Of a DNA stretch of 64,000 nt, positions 55,466-64,000 are shown piece after piece. The DNA comes from Octopus sinensis (taxonomy: Eukaryota), in the NCBI RefSeq assembly GCF_006345805.1, contig NC_043017.1, positions 22,072,001 to 22,136,000 of the forward strand, in the 5' to 3' direction. Made by a program: the position numbers and the translations under genes. Below the pieces are notes generated by a model that was not told the origin of the DNA, ran no database searches, and worked only from the letters and a program-made list of their open reading frames with translations. Positions within the stretch are counted from its first letter, which is position 1, and each line of letters begins with the position of its first letter.

Positions 55466-55594
55466 TCACTACTTGATATCCTGTTGCTTATTTTGATTTT
55501 ATTCACCTTACTTCAAGCTGCGCGGATAATACTGGACTGACTTGGTGGTTCAACTTAAGTACCTAATTCAAATGAATCTCAATATATATATATA

Positions 55595-55783
55595 GGGAGA
55601 TTTTAAGAAAAAAACCAAGGACGAAGACAGGTGGTGTACAAAACAAACAGATGTATTAGTATAATGCTCAGAAATAGAAAAAGTCTTTTACGTTTCGAGC
55701 CTACGCTCTTCTACAGAAAGGGACACAGAAAAAACAAGGAGAGAAAAACAATGTGTGTAGAGGCTAACGATCTATCATGATGA

Positions 55784-55785
<2 letters not shown>
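55595..55785 (-). mobile_element. Short Penelope-like cassette in (TA)n, homologue of 12480-12670
   Basis: Colinear over about 190 bp. TA repeats on both sides. Confidence 0.7.
55685..55720 (-). ncRNA. Minimal hammerhead motif with CUGUAGA core
   Basis: cttt CTGTAGA a gagc-gtag-gctc GAAA cg TA aaag. Confidence 0.6.
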
Positions 55786-55826
<41 letters not shown>

Positions 55827-56076
55827 TGTATATTGTCTGGTATGGATATATATAATGAGCATCTCTCTGTTTCCATCTGCCACTCACAATGTTTCAGTTG
55901 GCCCAAGGCTGTAGTAGAAGACACTTGGCCAAGTTGTCACACAGTGGGACTGAACCCAGAATCATGTGGTTGGGAACAAACTTCTTACACATGTCCATGC
56001 CTATGCCTATATATGTGTGTGTGTGTATGTATATATATATATGAATATATATATATACATGTATACATATATACAT

Positions 56077-56116
<40 letters not shown>

Positions 56117-56710
56117 CATAGATACATGTACATATATGTATATATATTTGTGTGTGTGTGTATATATATATATATGTATGTATGTATGTACATGCACAAA
56201 CACATGCATCATGTGTATGCATTATGAAACATTGATAAAGAATGATTAGGACATCATTATATCACAGAAAGAGAGAGAGAGAGAGAAAATGGTTAGGAAA
56301 ATGAGAGGATATCGAGACACAGGGTGAGGCTGGGTACACAGAATATATGTGTATTTGCTTGACCATACACAGTTGATTTTAATTATATTTGAAATAGTTT
56401 GCCTGGTAAATAGAGACAAAAATAAAATGGAGAAAACAAAAACAAGACCCAAAACAAGAGTTTGCTGGTAGTTTCACTTCGTGTGACCTTGATAACCTCC
56501 AACGGTGCAAGAATAAACAACATTATCGAGATGAGATCAATATTAGAGAAGATAAGACTATGTAGCTGGGACCTCTATTAGTAAAGATAATACAATCAAC
56601 TTATGATCGATATTAGTTGAGAGTGGCAGGGGGAGGTTGAAATAACCAGCAGTTTAAGATAAATATTGGTAAGACTAAACCAAATGGGAGATTATATTTG
56701 AAAAGCTATG

Positions 56711-56742
<32 letters not shown>

Positions 56743-56843
56743 CTATATATATATATTATATATATATATATATATAAATATATATATATATATTATATAT
56801 ATAAATATAATATATATATTATATATATATATATATATAAATA

Positions 56844-56894
<51 letters not shown>

Positions 56895-57369
56895 ATATAT
56901 ATATAATATAAATATATATATAAATATATATATATATAAGATATATGTATAAAAGATATTAGAATAAAGTTTAAGAAGTTAATTTATACAGAAAATAAAA
57001 TTAAACAGACTTCTGTAATGTGGAAATATACATAAATACATAATTTATATTTTAGACACATTACGTTTTATTAAGCACCAGACTTTTCTCTCTCAATTAC
57101 TTTTTATACATACATATATAGACATAAAGATGTTTTTTTCTGATAGGAAGAAAAGATGATATAGTGAACTGATATTTTCAAATAATAACAACAACAACAA
57201 CATGAATAATAATTCTTTCTGCTAAAGGCAGCGGCCCTGAAATTTTGTGGAAGGGAGCTTGTTGGTTACACCAACAATAGTGTTTCACTGGTACTTATTT
57301 TATTGACCCCGAAAGGATAAAAGGTAAAGTCGACCATTGGAGTTTGGATTGACAGGTATTTCTCCATAT

Positions 57370-57601
57370 AAGGCGGCGAACTGGCAGAATCATTAGCACG
57401 CCGGGCAAAATGCTTAGCAGTATTTCGTCTGCTGCTACGTTCTGAGTTCAAATTCCGCCGAGGTCGACTTTGCCTTTCGTCCTTTCGGGGTCGATTAAAT
57501 AGGTACCAATTACGCACTGGAGTCGATATAATCGACTTAATCCGTGTGTCTGTCTTTATTTGTCCCCTCTGTGTTTAGCTCCTTGTGGGTAGTAAAGAAA
57601 T
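57370..57601 (+). mobile_element. Young SINE family B copy with 16-bp TSD
   Basis: TSD aggtatttctccatat at 57354-57369 and 57602-57617. Confidence 0.9.
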
Positions 57602-57612
57602 AGGTATTTCTC

Positions 57613-58121
57613 CATATGAAGTCTTGTCACTTGAAACTTCTTCACAAGCTAAAATATACTCACTCTTGTCCAAAATTACAATAGTGCCTCCTTTATTTAC
57701 CATTTTAATAACAATAGAATCATTATTAGCTAGAGAATGGAGTGCATAATGTTGGGTATTTGTGAAGTTATTATATGACTTCTTTCTGCTTGTTTTAATG
57801 CTTTCCCTAATGCTTGTCTGACAAGATTCAAGAAATTCCAGCAATGCTGATCGCGAACTTTATCCAGATATCAATTGGCATTCTTTACAATCCAATAAAG
57901 CCAGATTCAATTACCATCATTTTCGATAAACATGGGGGTTTTCTGTTACCCTTGTTTTCAAAACAAAATTCCTTGAAGTTGTGATGGTGGGCAAACTGAA
58001 ATAACCCTTGAACTAGTTTATTTTTGTGAAAATTCTTAGCGCTTGGGCACAAACTCAGTCCAAGCTCAAAGACCGAGATTCCATCCAGTGAAAGTTTTAG
58101 ATTAGATAAATTCCGAACCAA
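57613..58121 (-). pseudogene. Penelope-like retroelement ORF fragment (N-terminal region leading into RT)
   Basis: ORFs 57885-58121 (VRNLSNLKLS..ISVFELGLSLCPS..FKEF) and 57575-57844 (ALHSLANNDSIVIKMVNKGGTIVILDKSEYI) match the PLE motifs NLS..L..GLxFxP and IVIKPADKGG.IVI.DK..Y. Broken by a stop/frameshift and interrupted by a SINE. Confidence 0.8.
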
Positions 58122-58214
58122 ATTATTCTCTGGTGTGATGGATTTTCATAGGCAAGTATTTTTCTCAGTCTTATGTCCATTTGATTTCTGACCATCTTTT
58201 GAATTTTATTTGAA

Positions 58215-58618
58215 TTACTCTTTTACTCGTTTCAGTCATTTGACAGTGGCCATGCTGGAGCACCGCCTTTAGTCGAGCAAATCGACCCCGGTACTTATTC
58301 TTTGTAAGCCCAGTACTTATTCTATTGGTCTCTTTTGCCAAACTGCTAAGTGACGGGGATGTAAATACACCAGCATCGGTTGTCAAGCAATGCTAGGGGG
58401 ACAAACACAGACACACAAACATATACACACACACTTATATATATATACATATATACGACAGGCTTCTTTCAGTTTCCGTCTACCAAATCCACTCACAAGG
58501 CATTGGTCGGCCCGGGGCTATAGCAGAAGACACTTGCCCAAGATGCCATGCAGTGGGACTGAACCCTGAACCATGTGGTTGGTTAGCAAGCTACTTACCA
58601 CACAGCCACTCCTGCGCC
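58215..58618 (-). mobile_element. SINE family A, young copy
   Basis: Near-identical reverse complement of 45783-46210. Confidence 0.9.
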
Positions 58619-58675
58619 TAAACATAGAATCTATTGGAATTTGAACTCAGAATGTAAAGAGCTGGAAGAAATACC

Positions 58676-58906
58676 TATTTCTTTACTACCCACAAGGGAC
58701 TAAACACAGAGAAGACAAACAAGGACAGACAAATGGATTAAGTCGATTATATCGACCCCAGTGCGTAACTGGTACTTATTTAATCGACCCCAAAAGGATG
58801 AAAGGCAAAGTGGACCTCAGTGGAATTTGAACTCAGAACGTAACGGCAGACGAAATATGGCTACGCATTTCACTCGGCATGCTAACGTTTCTGCCAGCTC
58901 GTCGCA
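58676..58906 (-). mobile_element. Young SINE family B copy nested in an older B head, 11-bp TSD
   Basis: TSD gaagaaatacc at 58665-58675 and 58907-58917. Confidence 0.85.
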
Positions 58907-59497
58907 GAAGAAATACCACTAAGGTTCAAGGCCTGGAATTTTAGGGGAGTTGGGGGGGGGGGGCTAGTTGATTACATTTTACATTGATGCTTAACAGCCA
59001 CTTATTTCATTGGTCCCTAAAAGGATAAAAGGCAAAGTCAATGATAATGATAAAGCATATACTTTATCAATAATAATGATAAAGCTTATATAATATGGTT
59101 AGATCCATTCATAGATTTGGCTAGAAATGACATAAATAATTTAAGCTGTAATATTCCTTTCAGAGTTTTACCTTATTTGTCCTTTAAAGTGAAGAGTGCT
59201 CTCTTCAAGACAGAATGGTCACAGCTGAATGGACAGTATCTGTGCAAGAATACATCTGTATTGTTACACATAGTTTAAACTTGAGATATTTCCAATTGAA
59301 TTTGATTATTTCCTGTGGAAGACAGACAGTGCCTATAGACATTTTAACATTTCCATAGCAGCTCTGTACTACAGAAAACAATCACAACTGGAATTTCTTT
59401 GATCATAGGTCTACTGGATTATGTATTACCTAGGGTTGAACAGTAACAATAGTCTCCTTACCAAGAGGTTTAAAAGAACTGGAGAAGTTTAGTGCTA

Positions 59498-59969
59498 TTA
59501 ACGTCCTTTTATTACTATATTTATATTGAAATGCCTTTGCATCGATAAATTTTGAAGATATTGATGTATGTATTAGAATAAATTTGTCATTATGGAACTG
59601 GTGTTTGAAATATGAATTAATATGAGATTTTGATGGAAGGTTTTGCTTTAGATCACTTTAAAACAAAGTGTAGTTTCAGGCGAGTTGCTGTCAAAAGGGT
59701 TAAACACTTTGAGACCAAATATATTATAAAACACTGTCTACATTGCAATTAATTTAGAAAATAAAAATTTAGTGTGGTTTAATAATATAATTAACCTCTT
59801 TCCTTAATGTAATCAGCCAGCATTTGAAACATGATTCAAAAGGTGTTTCATTTAAATAAAATTATGGTAGGAAGTTTTAATTTAAATGTGTATAACTTAA
59901 TAAAAATAAGTGGTTCCTGTGTCATAAAATTAGAGAGAGTCTCATGGTTATTGGTACTAAAAGGGTTAA
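59498..59969. mobile_element. Two adjacent decayed TTAA-flanked (piggyBac-like) MITEs
   Basis: Right ends aaaagggttaa at about 59703 and 59969. Left ends ttaacgtcctttt and ttaaacacttt are imperfect complements. Confidence 0.4.
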
Positions 59970-61133
59970 TTTGAATTACTGTCATTTACTAATTGCAGAG
60001 AAGTTCAGTTTGGGAAAAGAGTTTCGTTTCAAAGAAATACATCTTTGTGAAAGTAATGAGTAAAATGATTCAGTGAATGCTATTGGAGGGAAGAGAGAGA
60101 TGCAATGCATTGGATGCGGTTTATTTCGGAAGGCTTCATTTATCACCAATGATCTCAGAACAGTAGTGGTGGCCAGCTATGGTGGCTAATTGAGAATACA
60201 AAGAGAGAAGACAACTCAGTGGAGTATTAGTAGTTATTGATGACTGGCTTCTAATGCTTACCATTCAATTACGACGTTGTAATGATTATTTTTGTTGTTT
60301 ATCAATAAAGCAGACTATACCATCAGCTGAATCTTACATCACAACAAACACGAGATGGTTTTATAGTTACTATAAACACTGATTGCTAAACACAATGACT
60401 GACCTTGACAGTGGGCCACTCTTTATGAATGGAAATAAACGAGAACCAGTTTTGATGAGAGAAACAACTGTAAAGAAAGGAATATGCAAAGGGGTGTAAA
60501 CAAAACTAATTATTTTCATAAAGAAATGAATAATACATCAGAGCCTGTGTCTGTTTCTATGTGTTTGCTTAATTATTGGTAAATATGATTCTTCTAAAAA
60601 AACAGTGATGTTTACATAGATCCCAGGTCAGATTATTATCCAAATTAAACAGATATCATGCAATGAATCAATATTTTATGAATATATTTGCTTATTTATC
60701 TATCAGTAAATCAGCATCAAAATGGATTCAATACTGCTACCACCATCATCATCAACATCGTAATTGGCTTATAATATCTATTTATCAATGTTATGATGGA
60801 TTAAATGAATCGGGGATACATTATATCCAATGTCTTGTAATCTTGCATCACGATATGGTTAAGATCTAATTATTTCTCTGTCCAGTTTCATTTCAATTCT
60901 ATCAAATCTCCATCATATTTCCTTTAGCATACATCATTCATATGATGAATTAAACATCAATAGTTATACAGTTGCCTCTCTTTGATAACTAATAGACCCC
61001 TTATTTGGACACAACTTATTCTCCCATTGAAAAATGAAAGAATGACAATAGTTAATTGTCAATAGTTATTTGGTTGACTCTCGTCAATAACTAAAACCCA
61101 CTCAAAACCCATTTAGAATGAGAGAACGACACT

Positions 61134-61431
61134 CATCATCATCATTGTTCGACCGTGGTCGAGACAATGGAATTTACCATGCTACGCCAGACTTCACGGT
61201 CCATCATGGCATTACGGAGGTCCTGTTGCTGGATGCCTGTATCCCTGGAAATTACATCAGGGTAGGAGAGTGTGCGCCCTCTGGTATTGCGAGTAGATGG
61301 CTTCCAGAGGAGAAGAGTAGAAATTACTTCTTTTTCAGCTCTACAACAATGTCCAGCAAACTGGACTCTTCTATCTTTCACAAGAGATGACACAGGTGGT
61401 AGTTTCCCATATATTTGCATTTTGGTTGGAT
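61134..61431 (-). mobile_element. 5'-truncated RTE-type LINE (ORF C-terminus directly followed by a (GAT)n tail)
   Basis: ORF 61142-61420 IYGKLPPVSSLVKDRRVQFAGHCCR..LLLWKP..RGRTLSYPDVI.RDTG..AMMDREVWR is a typical RTE C-terminus. Possible 6-bp TSD gacact. Confidence 0.85.
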
Positions 61432-62149
61432 GACACTAGTAATTCTTAAAATCTCCAGAACAGCATAAATATGCTTCTTCCTTCCTTCCTTTCTACCTAA
61501 ATTTCTGATAAACCGCTGCATTTTGTACAATGGCTTTTTCTTTGCTAGTTATCCATTTTTGGCATAAATTTGACAGGTATCTTTGTCGCATGTAACCTCC
61601 GTGATATTTTTGGAATATTATTCTACTTGAGCCTTGGTTCAACCGAAATCTTGTTAGCAGATCCGGCAGATGAAAACTGAAAGATGCTTGGATGTCAGCA
61701 TGAAAAACGAGTGTTAAATGAAGATGATGATGACAACGATGATGATGATGATGTGTGTGTGTGTGTGTGTTTCCTTTCTTAATATCATGTTATCATTATT
61801 AAAGGATGTCATGCAATCGGTGTTGTCCATTTTCAATCATTTTCCATGTCAACGTGTCTGGCCATGGGGTAATATAACCCTGCTTCAGAACAAGAAAAAG
61901 CATCTGATTGTGAAGGATCTGCCTCAAAAAATTGCATTTGATTCATGCATGAGTGGAAAAGTGAATGTTAAGATGATGACGATGATGACGATGATGGTGA
62001 GGATATTTGAGGCACTGAAAAGCATAAATGGAAGTTGATTAATATGTAGGTCCTAGCCCTGCTCCTTCTTGTCTAGTAGAGCAGGGTACTGCGGATTTCA
62101 AAATAGAATCACTGGCTTCTAAAGGAACTTCATATTTAGGAAAACCTTA

Positions 62150-62480
62150 GCACAGAACTCCATCAGTTATGACAATGGGGGTTCCAGCTGATTCAATCAA
62201 CAGAACAGCCTGCTCATGAAATTAACATGCAAGTGGCTGAGTACACCACAGACACACATAGTCTTAACACGGTTCTCAGGGAGATTCAGTGTGACATGGA
62301 ATGTGACGAGGTTGGGCCCTTTAAAATACAGCTACAAAGCACTTTTGCCAGCTCAGTGAACTGGAGCAATATGAAATAAAGAGTCTTGGTCAAGGGCACA
62401 GTGCTCTGCAAGGAACTGAACTCATGACCTTACAATCGTGAGGCAGATAACCGTAACCACTAAGCCATGCCCCTTCATCC
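62150..62480 (-). mobile_element. tRNA-derived SINE related to family E
   Basis: Head ggcatggcttagtgg..gagttcagttcc and core cccttgaccaagactctttatttc..gctccagttcactgagctgg. Confidence 0.65.
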
Positions 62481-63346
62481 TTAGCACAGTAAGTGTTACA
62501 ACAATGGACCATACTGATGTTACTGTAAAATTTCTGCTTATATGATGGTGACACTTGCTCACGATTATAAGGCAACATCTAGACAAAGATACAAATACGC
62601 ACACATATACTGACAGACATACATACAAACATAATTACACAAAGATACACACATACATATGTACATAAATACATGCACACATACATACATACAGACCAAC
62701 CAACACACCAACTCAACTACATATTTACAAAGACTGCAAAATCTCTTAACACAAGGAAGTCTTGTTGCTTTGTTAGCAACTGACTTGAACTCTCTTTAGG
62801 AGAATTTACATAAAATTTTTAAAAATCATACATGCATACATATATACGATTGGCTTCCTTCAGTTTCAGTCTACCAAATTCACATGGAAGGCTTTGGTTA
62901 ATTGGAGAAGGAAAGGAGGATATATATATATATATGTGTTTTCAAAGCAATGAATAGCTTTTTGCAGAAACCATGGTTCACTTTATTTTCTGACTTTATC
63001 ATCATCTTATAATAATGACTTTTATGACTTTTATTACTACCTCAGTATATCTAAATGTATATATTTATCGTCACCTGTCATAAAAAGCCTTTTTTTATTT
63101 GCAATGTGCATTTTCGTTGATTTTTCATATTTTACCCTTACATTTCCACGTGTATTTCATATTTTCTTTTTGTAACATATTTCTACTATATATATATATA
63201 TATATTATATTAAATTAGAGATAAAACCACTATTAGGCAAATCAAACAATGAAAAACATAAGCTAATACATAAAATTAATTAATTTATATTATTTTAAAT
63301 ATATATCAAAAGTATTAAAAGTTTAATAAAAGATAAAGAGTAAAAC

Positions 63347-63413
63347 ACTACGATCGTTTCATGGCTGTACAATTCGTAATAATTCAAGTTATGGTTACAG
63401 TCAATCTTCAGGT
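63347..63413 (-). ncRNA. Hammerhead-like motif in a TA-flanked cassette (63210-63430)
   Basis: ac CTGAAGA t tgactgta...tacagcca t GAAA cgatcg TA gt. Canonical core and palindromic stem III, but stem I is only about 2 bp. Confidence 0.55.
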
Positions 63414-63430
63414 TAATTGAAATATCTAAA

Positions 63431-63463
<33 letters not shown>

Positions 63464-63469
63464 ATATAT

Positions 63470-63745
63470 GACAGGCTTCTTTCAGTTTCTGTCTGCCAAA
63501 TGCAATCACAAGGCTTTGGTCAGGCCAAGGCTATAGTAGACAACAACCAAGGTGCCATGCAGTGAGACTGAACCTGGAGCTATGTGGTTGGGAAGCAAGC
63601 TTCTTATCACACACCCACAAACACACACACACACACACAAACACATATATATGTTTGAAGACACTTTCCAAAGGTACCATGCAGTGGGAGTGAACCCAGG
63701 ATCATGTGGTAATAAATGAATGTCTTTACCCCACAGCCATGCCTA
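63470..63745 (-). mobile_element. SINE family A 5' halves (two heads)
   Basis: gaagacac..aaggtgccatgcagtg..gaacc..tgtgg motifs occur twice. Confidence 0.75.
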
Positions 63746-64000
63746 AGGCTTCTACTGTTTTAAATAAATACATCCACTCTATACTATATATTAAATACTT
63801 AAACTGAAATTGTGATTATTTTTCTTCGCTATTTTAAATAGAAATACACAACAATCATAAATATATATGTCTGTGTGCATATTTAATGAGTCTTGTCCAT
63901 ATATTTGACACTTCCATTAGACAGATCTTATAAACAACAATTTAAGGATGCATTGTTTAAGCAAACTGTGGCAAAATGATGTATTTGTTCACTGTCTTTT

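Larger units (their letters stand above)
55063..55493. mobile_element. Penelope-like remnant with ~114-bp inverted arms carrying HHR motifs
   Basis: Arms 55063-55176 and 55380-55493 are diverged reverse complements. Confidence 0.7.

Noticed and set aside
56420-56700. Another TA-adjacent cassette with gaaac..ta on the minus strand
   Set aside because: No CUGANGA-like core or stem I found.
1828-56952. Numerous ORFs rich in YI, CV, HT, LSIY or I/N runs
   Set aside because: Translations of dinucleotide, trinucleotide and tetranucleotide microsatellites, with no protein-family signal.

Overview
AT-rich, microsatellite-saturated animal nuclear DNA. The repeat repertoire resembles octopus/cephalopod genomes (my inference, not a database result). 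I recognise no intact protein-coding gene; almost all listed ORFs are translations of (TA)n/(CA)n/(GATA)n/(AAT)n tracts. The window holds at least four tRNA-derived SINE families, 3' fragments of RTE-clade LINEs, two R4/Dong-like endonuclease remnants, a Penelope-like RT remnant, Helentron-like, hAT-like and foldback DNA elements, and several minisatellites. The most notable signal is ten type I hammerhead-ribozyme (HHR)-like motifs at seven loci. They sit in short Penelope-like cassettes, mostly in or next to (TA)n tracts. Three loci are outward-facing inverted pairs, and the motifs include recurrent core variants (CUGUNGA, CCGACGA) and long stem II insertions. Also seen: a SINE repeatedly joined to the motif GGTATTTC, a probable 3' transduction, a locally templated inverted insertion, and a possible chain of minus-strand exons. 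Coordinates were counted by eye and diffuse repeat ends may be off by several bases.
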